From assembly GCA_002787815.1 (NCBI GenBank), contig PCUY01000075.1, forward strand, positions 11,406-75,405: DNA of 64,000 bases. Direction: 5' to 3'. The position numbers and the translations under genes were made by a program. The notes under the pieces were generated by a model, which did not search any database, was not told where the DNA came from, and saw only the letters and a program-made list of their open reading frames with translations. The stretch comes from Bacteroidetes bacterium CG12_big_fil_rev_8_21_14_0_65_60_17 (GTDB lineage Bacteria > Bacteroidota > Rhodothermia > Rhodothermales > UBA10348). Shown piece by piece: positions 48,971 through 57,502 of the stretch (positions are counted from its first letter, which is position 1; each line of letters opens with the position of its first letter).

Positions 48971-48985
48971 GTATATTTGGACCCC

Positions 48986-50512
48986 ATGGTACTTCGAACC
49001 CTTTTTCTGCTGCCATTTCTTCTGGTACCGGGACTGCCGACGGCGTTCGGCCAGCTCGGCATCGTATGGGAAGCGCCTCCGTCGACGCATGCCGCCCTGG
49101 CGGACCTGGTCGAAATGCGCGTGCTCGGTTTCAGGGCGGTAAGGACGGGACCGGTCACGGATAGCCGGATTCTCGCTGCTGCCGACTCCATGGGGATGGT
49201 GCTCTATCGTGACATCGGATTCGAAAGGCTCATGCCGGGCGCCTGGGCCGATACGCTCCAGGCGGCTACAGCGCGGGTCGACGCCATCGCGGCATCGCCC
49301 TACGCCGGGTGGATCGGGCTCGGCAGTTGGACGGCGACGAATCTGCCAGCTACTTGTGCAACCATAGAGGCGCTGGCGCAACGTGTTCGCGATGCGGGCC
49401 ACAAGGCCTACTACGTGACCCCATTCATGCGGCGTGACCGGTGCAGTCACGTTGTGGATGCGGTCCTGGTCGATCAGCAGGATCACGCGGACCCGGATGT
49501 GGAACGAGCCGACATGGTGACGGTGGGGCTGGAGGTGGGTCCCGGCGGCGACATGGAGCGGCACCGGGCGGAGTTCACATCGCGCATCCTGGCCCTGTCC
49601 CGCGAGAGGGTTGTATTCATTCACAGGTGGCGCGACCAGCCGATGCGGGATCCGTGGATGAAACGGTACGGGTTGTACGACGAGGCGGGCAATCCGCGGC
49701 CTATGGTTGCGATGTTACGAGAGGCGCACCTCACGGGACAGCCGGTTTTTGCCCGCCAGGTGCGGGAGGACACTCCGAGCGCGACCTGGTCAGTCCTTGT
49801 CGGATGGCTGCTCATTGCATGCCTTGCCATGCTCCATGCGACATCGCCCCGGTTTCGCCAGATGATTCCGCGCTACTTCCTGGCGCACGGGTTCTACAGA
49901 AATGCGGTCCGGGAGGCGCGTGAGGTGCTTCCGCTTACGAGCACGGCGCTGATTTCCATTGTGGGGCTGTCCGCGGGGCTGATGGTCGCCGTGGTTCTCC
50001 ATGGGCTCCATGACCGGGCCATCGGAACGTTCGTGTATGGCCATCTGCCGGACGGGGCCATGGTGGCGGCGTCGGCGTTGATGCGTGCCCCGATCGTGCT
50101 CGTTGTCCTCTCGGGCAGTGTGATCCTGCTGGCCATGGCTGTCTGGATGAGCATGTGGGTTCTGGCGGTCGGCCGGCAACAACGGCTTCTGGCGAGTCAG
50201 GCCCTGATGCTGGCCGTCTGGCCACGCTGGCAGGCCGTGGCATTGCTACCCGTCGCCATGGTTCTCGGGCCTCCGGGTCTGACAGGTACGTGGACCCTGG
50301 CCGCGGCGGCGGTACTTTTTGTGGCCACACTGCTCTGGTCCGTTGTCCGGACGGCGAGTGACATGATGCGCGTCGCTCGTGTGCCGCGCCCGATTGCCGT
50401 ACTGCTGGTACTGGTAAATCCGGAAGTGATGTTCGTCATGGTCATTCTGACGCTCGCGACCATCAACTCATCCTACGCACGAATGGTCTGGGACCTGCTT
50501 TCGAGAAACTGA
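48986..50512 (+). CDS. Membrane protein with a degenerate GH2/clan-A TIM-barrel-like N-domain and a multi-TM C-domain
   Basis: DLVEMRVLGFRAVRT...AADSMGMVLY matches the GH2 barrel beta2-beta3 pattern; no recognisable WSxGNE catalytic motif; about 5-6 TM helices after PSATWS. Confidence 0.6.
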   Translation: MVLRTLFLLPFLLVPGLPTAFGQLGIVWEAPPSTHAALADLVEMRVLGFRAVRTGPVTDSRILAAADSMGMVLYRDIGFERLMPGAWADTLQAATARVDAIAASPYAGWIGLGSWTATNLPATCATIEALAQRVRDAGHKAYYVTPFMRRDRCSHVVDAVLVDQQDHADPDVERADMVTVGLEVGPGGDMERHRAEFTSRILALSRERVVFIHRWRDQPMRDPWMKRYGLYDEAGNPRPMVAMLREAHLTGQPVFARQVREDTPSATWSVLVGWLLIACLAMLHATSPRFRQMIPRYFLAHGFYRNAVREAREVLPLTSTALISIVGLSAGLMVAVVLHGLHDRAIGTFVYGHLPDGAMVAASALMRAPIVLVVLSGSVILLAMAVWMSMWVLAVGRQQRLLASQALMLAVWPRWQAVALLPVAMVLGPPGLTGTWTLAAAAVLFVATLLWSVVRTASDMMRVARVPRPIAVLLVLVNPEVMFVMVILTLATINSSYARMVWDLLSRN

Positions 50513-51453
50513 GGACCGGAGGCCAGGGTTTCTGCCCACACCCGGTCCGCATGTTCATGGAACGGCTGTTTGTGATGCATCCACCCGAAATGAAGAGCGA
50601 ACGGGGTGACCCACATGTAGTCGCCTTTGCCGGGCAGGCGTCCGAGGAGGGAAAGCAGGCTGTTGCGCAAGGTATCGGACGGGATACCGCGAAGGTTGCG
50701 TACGAAAGGATCGTTGTGATAGAGTACGCGCACGTTCCGGAACTGGGCATCGTGCTCCACATACCCCTTCACATAGTCCAGCTGGGGACTGTTGCTGCCC
50801 TGGAACCACGGTACAATGGGCATGTCGAGCGCACTGGCCGCCATGGCCATACTCCATTCGCAGCTTTCTTCGCTGCGGCCCTCGTTGAGCCGGCTCACGA
50901 AGTGGGTTTCCTGCTGCCTGTCCAGAAACGTGCGGGCAAGGCGACAGAAGTCGGCCGTGCGCTGTGTGTCCTGTGCGTAGATCATACCGGCCTGGATTCT
51001 GGGCAACCACGTCAAACCGAAGTGCTTCATGGTTTGACGGCGCCTGTCAAGTACCCAGTGCCACAGAAAGCCGACACCCTTGGGACCGCCGAAGAAGACG
51101 TCGGCCCGTTCCAGGCCGGTGGCGGTCAGGTCGAATGGAGAGAGCTGTTGCCAGAGGGCGTCCGGGTTGCGGCACCAGATCATGTCCACGTCGACGAAAA
51201 GGGATCGACCGAACGGCTTGAAGCGGTCCAGGTGGTGCTTGAACCCGACTATCGAGTGATGTGCTTCCGGCAGCACCTCGACAATCTCGAACAGGGAAGC
51301 GAGGTCTGTTTCCCGGAGACGATCTTTCTGGGACCGGCTGCAATAGAGCGCTACGGGCCGTTCGGGATCATGACGGCGTATGGACGCGAGCGAAGCGACC
51401 GCGTGGCGAAGATATTTCTCCGCCCCGTATGTATGCATCACATATCCTTCCAC
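50473..51453 (-). CDS. Putative GT-A fold (GT8-like) glycosyltransferase
   Basis: YLRHAVASLASIRRH and SPF-like KPFGRSLFVDVD (DxD), PRIQAGMIY; GTG start. Confidence 0.55.
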   Translation of the reverse strand: MEGYVMHTYGAEKYLRHAVASLASIRRHDPERPVALYCSRSQKDRLRETDLASLFEIVEVLPEAHHSIVGFKHHLDRFKPFGRSLFVDVDMIWCRNPDALWQQLSPFDLTATGLERADVFFGGPKGVGFLWHWVLDRRRQTMKHFGLTWLPRIQAGMIYAQDTQRTADFCRLARTFLDRQQETHFVSRLNEGRSEESCEWSMAMAASALDMPIVPWFQGSNSPQLDYVKGYVEHDAQFRNVRVLYHNDPFVRNLRGIPSDTLRNSLLSLLGRLPGKGDYMWVTPFALHFGWMHHKQPFHEHADRVWAETLASGPQFLESRSQTIRA

Positions 51454-51537
51454 GAATCCGGAGCTGACCCCCTCGCATTGACTGTCGCTCGGGCAAAACG
51501 CGTGTAGCGGCCAATTGTTCAGGATCCGCTTGTATGT

Positions 51538-52140
51538 TCAGGATTCAGAACGGATGCTGTCCAGTCGTTTGTTCAGACTGTTCATGAGCGAGTCGAATCC
51601 GCGTTTCCGGATGACTGTCTGGAAACTGCGGCTGTATCCACCCACCGTGGAGACGTCATCGAGGATGATATCCCGGGCAGTCCACTCGCCGCCCGTGCGC
51701 AGGAGGTCATACTCGACCGTGACGGGGATTTCGTCGTATATCGTGGTGGTAGTAACGCGGGCCGAGTCGCCGTCGACAGCGATGGCGTCATACGTGACCG
51801 AGGCCCGGTATACATCCAGATCGGACAGCGACTGGTGACGAACGATTTCACTGAAGACACGGACAAACCCGTCCCGCTGCTCGGGTGTCAGATCCTTCCA
51901 GAACGGGCCAAGGGCTTGTTTTCCCATTTCCCGGAAATTGATCACGCCATTGATCAGGTGCTGCAGTTCCTGTCGCTGACCCTCGGAAACATCGCCCTCC
52001 GGACCCAGAAGCGCCTTTATGCTGGCATCACGTTCCTCGAGCATTACACGGATTTCGTTGGACGTGGACTGGCTGGCGCCCGGGAAGGCGACAAAGACGA
52101 GCAGGGCGGCAAAGAAAAGTCGTTTCATGGATCGGTTCAT
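51538..52140 (-). CDS. MlaC/Ttg2D (HpnM-like) periplasmic lipid-binding protein
   Basis: Signal peptide; INFREMGKQALG..W..LTPEQR..FV..F, W..RDIILDDVS.V..Y...F...IRKRGFDSL. Confidence 0.88.
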   Translation of the reverse strand: MNRSMKRLFFAALLVFVAFPGASQSTSNEIRVMLEERDASIKALLGPEGDVSEGQRQELQHLINGVINFREMGKQALGPFWKDLTPEQRDGFVRVFSEIVRHQSLSDLDVYRASVTYDAIAVDGDSARVTTTTIYDEIPVTVEYDLLRTGGEWTARDIILDDVSTVGGYSRSFQTVIRKRGFDSLMNSLNKRLDSIRSES

Positions 52141-52175
52141 AATTCGGGAGGACATCTGGTTCAGTCGTGCTCAGC

Positions 52176-53621
52176 CTATTCCGCGTCAAGAAGCGTGCCA
52201 GATTCGACGAGCTCAAGAAGCGTCCCCGTTTTCTCATACAGTCGGAGCACAGTCATATTGTAGTTGAAAACGGCCTCATGCCGCTGGGCACGCAGCGTGA
52301 GGTTGTCCCTGACCGCCTTTACAAGGTTTTCCGTGTCGCCCAGATCCAGGTCGAAGTTGATCTGTTCGTCGAGTAACCACTGGCGACTGATTTTCAGTGC
52401 CTCCTCTCGCGAGGTCACCGCCTGCCGGGCTATGAGCACGTCACGCCAGGCTTTTTCCACCTCGAACAACACCAGTTGGCGGGCCGCATCGTGCTGGTAG
52501 CGGACTTCATCGTGCCGGGCCTGTGCCTGCTGTACACGGGATCGTGTCTGCGCCGCGTTGAGCTTGAGGCGAAGGCCGAGTCCTGTCTCAACGGACTGCG
52601 TGAGGAAGGGGTCTCCCACGAAAGGATTCCGTTGTCTATGGCGGTCAGCGGCGTATCCATACCGTGCCGTGACTCCAAAGAACAGTTTCGGGAAAAAGTC
52701 CGAGCGTGCCACGTCGACCAGGGCATCGGTGGCACGCTCTCCGGCACGCGCCCGAGCCAATTCCGGGCGGTTGTCGAGTGCGCGCTGCTGGTACGCTTCA
52801 AGCGGCTCGACGGGTGCTGAGATGGGCTTGAGCTGGACTTCAGCTACCGCCACGGTCTGGTTGTCGGGCAGGAAAAGCTGCCGGCGAAGCGCCGAGCGTG
52901 CCGTCCGGCGGGCCTCGCGTGCTTCGACGACGCGCTGCATGAACTCCTGCTCCGTAATCTGGACCTGGTAGAGGTCGGCCATGTCCACGTCTTCTGCGCC
53001 TTCCTGGAGCAGGCGGTCAATTTCGTTCTTTGCCTGAGCGACCACGTCTCCTGCCTCTCCCGTCAGGCGGAAGAGCTCCTCGGTGAGCAACAGGCTCCAG
53101 TAGAGCTCGGCGGTTCGCGAGGCCACTTCCAGTTCCTTCTGCTCCCGCACGGCGCGCTCCACGTCGATACCCGCACGCGCAGCCCGGATATTGCCGCCGA
53201 GTTCCCCCCACGTCCAGATGGGCTGCAGGGCCTCGACCTCCAGTCGATTGAACAGGTTCAGATTCTCCCAGTCGTTCCGGACGTCGGGGTCGAGGTAGAG
53301 TCGGTCGGTAGGTGTATTATTGGGGTTATCCAGGCCCGGCGTGGCGGAATGCGCCGACGTGGCCTCAAAATTGGTCAGAATTCGGCTGCTCTTGGCCAGG
53401 TTGTGCCTCGCCTTGGCAAAATCCACCCCGGCCTGCTCGGTCGCTACCTCGGGCGAAACGCTCAGCGCCGCACGGATGGCGTCATGGATGGATATGGTCA
53501 GTGTGTCGGATGACGGCTGTGCCATTACGGGACGCAGCCCCGCGAGCACGCCGACAAGCAGCACCGCGACTGCGGCCGAGAGGGCACATTGCACGGCTCG
53601 AGCGGGTCGAAACGGGATCAT
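52176..53621 (-). CDS. TolC-family outer membrane efflux protein
   Basis: LSIHDAI..AL..SP, QPIWTWG, AL.NRPEL, ARSDFFPK, EV..AW. Confidence 0.88.
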   Translation of the reverse strand: MIPFRPARAVQCALSAAVAVLLVGVLAGLRPVMAQPSSDTLTISIHDAIRAALSVSPEVATEQAGVDFAKARHNLAKSSRILTNFEATSAHSATPGLDNPNNTPTDRLYLDPDVRNDWENLNLFNRLEVEALQPIWTWGELGGNIRAARAGIDVERAVREQKELEVASRTAELYWSLLLTEELFRLTGEAGDVVAQAKNEIDRLLQEGAEDVDMADLYQVQITEQEFMQRVVEAREARRTARSALRRQLFLPDNQTVAVAEVQLKPISAPVEPLEAYQQRALDNRPELARARAGERATDALVDVARSDFFPKLFFGVTARYGYAADRHRQRNPFVGDPFLTQSVETGLGLRLKLNAAQTRSRVQQAQARHDEVRYQHDAARQLVLFEVEKAWRDVLIARQAVTSREEALKISRQWLLDEQINFDLDLGDTENLVKAVRDNLTLRAQRHEAVFNYNMTVLRLYEKTGTLLELVESGTLLDAE

Positions 53622-53728
53622 GGTAAACGGGGGCACGGGTTCACGGTGCGTAGTATGATAGTCATGATGGTCAGCTCATTTCCGGCAACGAGTCGATGAA
53701 CGCGGGATGTCAAAATTCGGTCCACAGC

Positions 53729-53759
53729 TTGACGGCTCAGTCCTCGCGGCGTAGCTTTG
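53729..53759 (+). promoter_or_regulatory. Promoter upstream of the cobalamin riboswitch
   Basis: TTGACG-N17-TAGCTT; the -10 extends to TAGCTTTG, which matches the Bacteroidota TAnnTTTG element. Confidence 0.55.
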
Positions 53760-53778
53760 TCCTGTTCTTTCGCATATG

Positions 53779-53981
53779 TCCGAGCAGGTGATTGGGCAGC
53801 ACGGTGTGCTGTCCGGTCATGGGAATCCGGTGCGCCTTGACAGGTTATTCCGGAGCTGTACCCGCAACTGTAAACGCAGAGGAGTGCGCCGTGAAATGCT
53901 CCCCACTGGAAAAATCCGGGAAGGGGATCGTGGAGCGCCTACTCCATCCAACTGCGTGAGCCAGGAGACCGACCTGTCGGC
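53779..53981 (+). ncRNA. Cobalamin (B12) riboswitch
   Basis: gggaatccggtg, ccggagctgtacccgcaactgtaa, ccactgg..ccgggaagg, B12-box gagccaggagacc; P1 ccgagcaggt/acctgtcgg; upstream of a BtuB-like receptor. Confidence 0.93.
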
Positions 53982-54083
53982 CTATGCCGTTGACCTCCGG
54001 GACCAGAGGTACGGGCAATCTTTCGAGTTCGCGCAGGGCGCCGCAGCAGGTTGTGGTGTCCGCAGCTGACGTCGCAGTGGGTG

Positions 54084-54114
54084 GCCTGTACTTCGTTGAG
54101 GTACAGGCTTTTTT
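54084..54114 (+). terminator. Intrinsic terminator forming the riboswitch expression platform
   Basis: gcctgtacttc-gtt-gaggtacaggc followed by tttttt, ending 1 nt before ATG 54116. Confidence 0.8.
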
Positions 54115-54115
54115 C

Positions 54116-56080
54116 ATGAATCCACTTGTTTGCACATGCCTTGGCGGCGGCTTGCGAGGAGCGCTCCGGATTGCAGGCGCGCTCCTCCTGGCCACCATGC
54201 TGGCGCCTTGTGTGCTCAAAGCGCAGGATACGCCGCCGAGCGAGTCGCCTCCCGCCCGCACCGATTCCATGCGCACCGTGGCGCTGGAGGAACTCGAAAT
54301 CACGGCAGAACGCCAGATGCATCTGACCCGGACGCGGCTGCAGGCGTCCCGCGTGCGCATGACCACCTTCCGGGATGCGGCCGACGCGCTTTCCACGGCG
54401 CTCGGCGTTCGCATGCGGCGATATGGCCTGACGGGTCTTGCCACGCTCGGCATGAGAGGGGGAGATGCAGCGCACACGGCCATTCTGCTCGGTGGAATGC
54501 CCCTGGTACACCCCCAGACCGGCAGCATGGATGTGTCCCTTATTCCGACGGCGCTCGTGGCCGATGCGCTGCTGAGCGCAGGCCCCTCGGAGTCGTCCCT
54601 CTCCATGGGGGGCAGTGTGGAACTGGAAGGACCAGCACGCGGCCGGGGTGATCGCAGCGAGCAGGCCGTGCATGCCCGGACGGGCCTCTGGGGGGAGCGG
54701 GGTTTTGGCGCAGACGTCACGGAAGTGCTCGGGACAGTCCGGCTTCGCATGGTGGGAGATGCCAGCGTGGTGGGTGGCGACTTTCCGTTCAGAAACGAAT
54801 TTCTCGAGGGCAGGCCCACCGTGCGGAGGGAAGGCGCCTCGCGCACGTGGGAAAGCGGTGCCGTTGTGCTCTCGAATGCGGGAACGGCCGACTGGCCATC
54901 GTGGGAGCTCATGGCGCTGGCAAGCCGCAGTGACCGGGGTTTGCCAGGGCCATCGAACGCCGGTCAGACCAATGCCTCCCAGGAAGACAACCTGTTGCGA
55001 CTCCAGGCCCGCATGTCTGACGGCATGCGGTGGACGGCGAGCGGAGCCTACACGCAGTGGAATCTCGACTTCGATCCGGGGCGCGGCGCGGCGCTCGGCG
55101 TATCGGCCTCGCACCTCACAGCGCGTACAGCCGCTGTCCACGTGGCTTCGGGCCACCGCACGCACTCGGCGCGCAGCGAGGTGCGCCCCTCGCTGCGCGC
55201 CGAATATACCGATGCCGCCGGTCACCGGGATTGGACTGCGGAGCCGGGCGTGGCCGCCACGCGCCGTGCCAATCGTGTGACGCTCGACGTTTTTTCGCGT
55301 CTTGTCGCGTCGAATCGAAGTCCCGTAGTGCCGGCCGCCGGGGCCACGGTTTCAGCACCGGTCCGGCTTCCCGTGGCGGGCCGGATGGAACTGGAAGCCG
55401 GTTTGTCGCGGACGGTGCGGCTGCCATCGGCCGGAGAGCGCTACCACGTACCCGGTGGGAATCCGGACCTGCGAGCCGAGCGCGGACGAACAGCACAGCT
55501 GTCGGTGGGCACACCCACCCCGATTGGCATGCTCCGCGTGACGGCGTTCCGGTCGCTCCTGGTGGACCGCATTCTCTGGAGGCCACTGTTTGCGGGTCCG
55601 GGGCTGCAGGTGTTTCACCCCGAAAATGTGGGGCGCGTCCGGTCCATGGGGATCGAGTGGGCGTTCAGCGGCGCAGCGCAGGGGGCGCGCGCGTCGGTGT
55701 CATGGCGCGCACGCGCTACGCACGTGCGCGCGGAAGACATCTCCGACGCGCGCGCCCCCAGCCACGGTCACCAATTGCGCTACACGCCCGTAACGAGTGC
55801 CACCGGCGAGGTTCGCGTGGCGGTCGGCGCCGTATCGGGCGGCATCACGTCCCAGTGGGAGACGCGCCGCTTCATCACGTCCGACGAATCGAGTTGGCTC
55901 AATGCCTACCACACCATGGAACTCGATGCCCGCGCCGACGGCCAAGTGCTCGGCGTGCGCATGGCCCTCTGGGTACGCATCCACAATATCACAAACACCA
56001 CATACGAAAGTATGCGGCTTTACCCCATGCCGCCCAGGCACGTCCAGGTCGGCATCCATATCAAGAGAGACAACCCATGA
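54116..56080 (+). CDS. btuB: TonB-dependent cobalamin receptor (BtuB-like)
   Basis: Plug RRYGLTGLATLGMRGG..AHTAIL.GGMPL; barrel GGNPDLRAERG, YPMPPRH; B12 riboswitch upstream. Confidence 0.82.
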   Translation: MNPLVCTCLGGGLRGALRIAGALLLATMLAPCVLKAQDTPPSESPPARTDSMRTVALEELEITAERQMHLTRTRLQASRVRMTTFRDAADALSTALGVRMRRYGLTGLATLGMRGGDAAHTAILLGGMPLVHPQTGSMDVSLIPTALVADALLSAGPSESSLSMGGSVELEGPARGRGDRSEQAVHARTGLWGERGFGADVTEVLGTVRLRMVGDASVVGGDFPFRNEFLEGRPTVRREGASRTWESGAVVLSNAGTADWPSWELMALASRSDRGLPGPSNAGQTNASQEDNLLRLQARMSDGMRWTASGAYTQWNLDFDPGRGAALGVSASHLTARTAAVHVASGHRTHSARSEVRPSLRAEYTDAAGHRDWTAEPGVAATRRANRVTLDVFSRLVASNRSPVVPAAGATVSAPVRLPVAGRMELEAGLSRTVRLPSAGERYHVPGGNPDLRAERGRTAQLSVGTPTPIGMLRVTAFRSLLVDRILWRPLFAGPGLQVFHPENVGRVRSMGIEWAFSGAAQGARASVSWRARATHVRAEDISDARAPSHGHQLRYTPVTSATGEVRVAVGAVSGGITSQWETRRFITSDESSWLNAYHTMELDARADGQVLGVRMALWVRIHNITNTTYESMRLYPMPPRHVQVGIHIKRDNP

Positions 56081-56113
56081 TCCACCCATCCATGATCCAC
56101 CCATCCATGATCC
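56075..56113 (+). repeat. 15-nt tandem repeat creating three in-frame ATGs (MIHPS MIHPS MI)
   Basis: ccatgatccacccat x2 + ccatgatcc; ATGs at 56077, 56092 and 56107. Confidence 0.85.
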
Positions 56114-57219
56114 GTACCAGAACCGTATTGTATTTTGTTTTCGTCCTGCTTCTTGCCGGCTGTGACCTGTCCGGCTCGGACGATGATCGGTCGGCCGCCG
56201 ACGTGGTCGTGGCGAACGGCGGCAATTTTTCAGACCAGAACGGGTCACTCAGCCTCATTGACCGGGCCGCCGGTAACGTCACATCCGGAGGCGACCTGGG
56301 CGGGTTCGTACAGGGTCTCAGGATCAACGATAACACGGTCCACGTGCTGATCAACACGTTTTCGGAGGGTCGCATTGACCTTTTCGAGCGGCGTGACGGC
56401 GCGCTGGAGCGCGTAAACCAGTGGACGGGCCTTACGGCGCCACGGGACGTGGCCTTTTTTGGAGGCCGCGCGTTCATTACCGGATTCGTATTCGGCGCGC
56501 CCGGACGGGTCCAGGTGGTCAATCCGGAAAGCGGCGCCATTGCTGCGAGTGTATCTGTCGGGGATGTGCCCGAAGGCCTGCTGGCTGTCGGGACGGGGGT
56601 ACTCGTGGCAAACAACGGCTCGCTGGGCAGTGGGCGCACGCTGAGTCACGTCCGGAACGAAGACCTCGAGGTGACGACGGTCAGCGTACCGTGCGACGGG
56701 CCGCGGGATCTGGCGCGGGTGCGCGATAATCAGATCGTGGTCGTGTGTACGGGCAAGACCGTGTTCAACGATGACTTCTCGGCCGTTCTGGAAGAGACGC
56801 CGGGTCGGGTGCTTCTGCTGGACGGTACGACGTTCGCTGTCCAGGCCGAGGCCGACTTGCCAGTGCAGGCGGGCAGCGCCAACGGAACGACCACGCTGGC
56901 GGTCTCGGACGCTACGGGCGAGGTCTTCGTTACGCTCACAGATGGGAGCATCCAGGTGGTGACGCTTTCCGGGCTGGCCTCCGGGACGCTCTCCGCCAGA
57001 ATCGTACCCGGGGAGGTGGAAGGGACCACCGGAATCAGTGGCATTGCCTATGATGCAACACGGGACGTCCTGCTCGTCGGCCGATTGGCCCGGTCCGGGA
57101 GTGGATTTCCGGATTTCACGGCCGCCGGAGAACTGCATGTAGTGAGCCGCTCGGGAGACGTCGTCGAACGCTTCACGGTAGGTCCGGCGCCGTCGGCCGT
57201 CGTGGTGCTTGAGAACTGA
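56077..57219 (+). CDS. Beta-propeller surface lipoprotein (BtuG/YncE/DUF5074-like)
   Basis: Lipobox LLAGC; VANGGNFS..NGSLS, PRDVAF, VG..PEGL, VAN.G, C-terminal VGPAP; start overlaps the btuB stop. Confidence 0.78.
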   Translation: MIHPSMIHPSMIRTRTVLYFVFVLLLAGCDLSGSDDDRSAADVVVANGGNFSDQNGSLSLIDRAAGNVTSGGDLGGFVQGLRINDNTVHVLINTFSEGRIDLFERRDGALERVNQWTGLTAPRDVAFFGGRAFITGFVFGAPGRVQVVNPESGAIAASVSVGDVPEGLLAVGTGVLVANNGSLGSGRTLSHVRNEDLEVTTVSVPCDGPRDLARVRDNQIVVVCTGKTVFNDDFSAVLEETPGRVLLLDGTTFAVQAEADLPVQAGSANGTTTLAVSDATGEVFVTLTDGSIQVVTLSGLASGTLSARIVPGEVEGTTGISGIAYDATRDVLLVGRLARSGSGFPDFTAAGELHVVSRSGDVVERFTVGPAPSAVVVLEN

Positions 57220-57253
57220 GACTCATTTGAATCGCAAGCAAAACGGGGACCAC

Positions 57254-57502
57254 ATGCGTATAGACCGCTGCATATGTCACGATGTGCTGTTTGAAGCGCT
57301 GCATCGGGAGGCCCGCCGGCATGGGTGCGCAACTGTCAACGAGCTCCAGGCGCACACGGATTTCGGCCAGGGATGCGGGCTGTGTCACGCCTATGTGGCC
57401 GAAATGCTTCGAACCGGGCAGACGGTGTTCACGGAGCTTGTCGAGCGTCCCGATCCCGGAACCGCTCCTGCAACATGGAAATGCCGTCAGGCTCACCAAT
57501 GA
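57254..57502 (+). CDS. BFD-like (2Fe-2S)-binding protein
   Basis: RCICHDV...FGQGCGLC (CxC...CxxC). Confidence 0.85.
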   Translation: MRIDRCICHDVLFEALHREARRHGCATVNELQAHTDFGQGCGLCHAYVAEMLRTGQTVFTELVERPDPGTAPATWKCRQAHQ

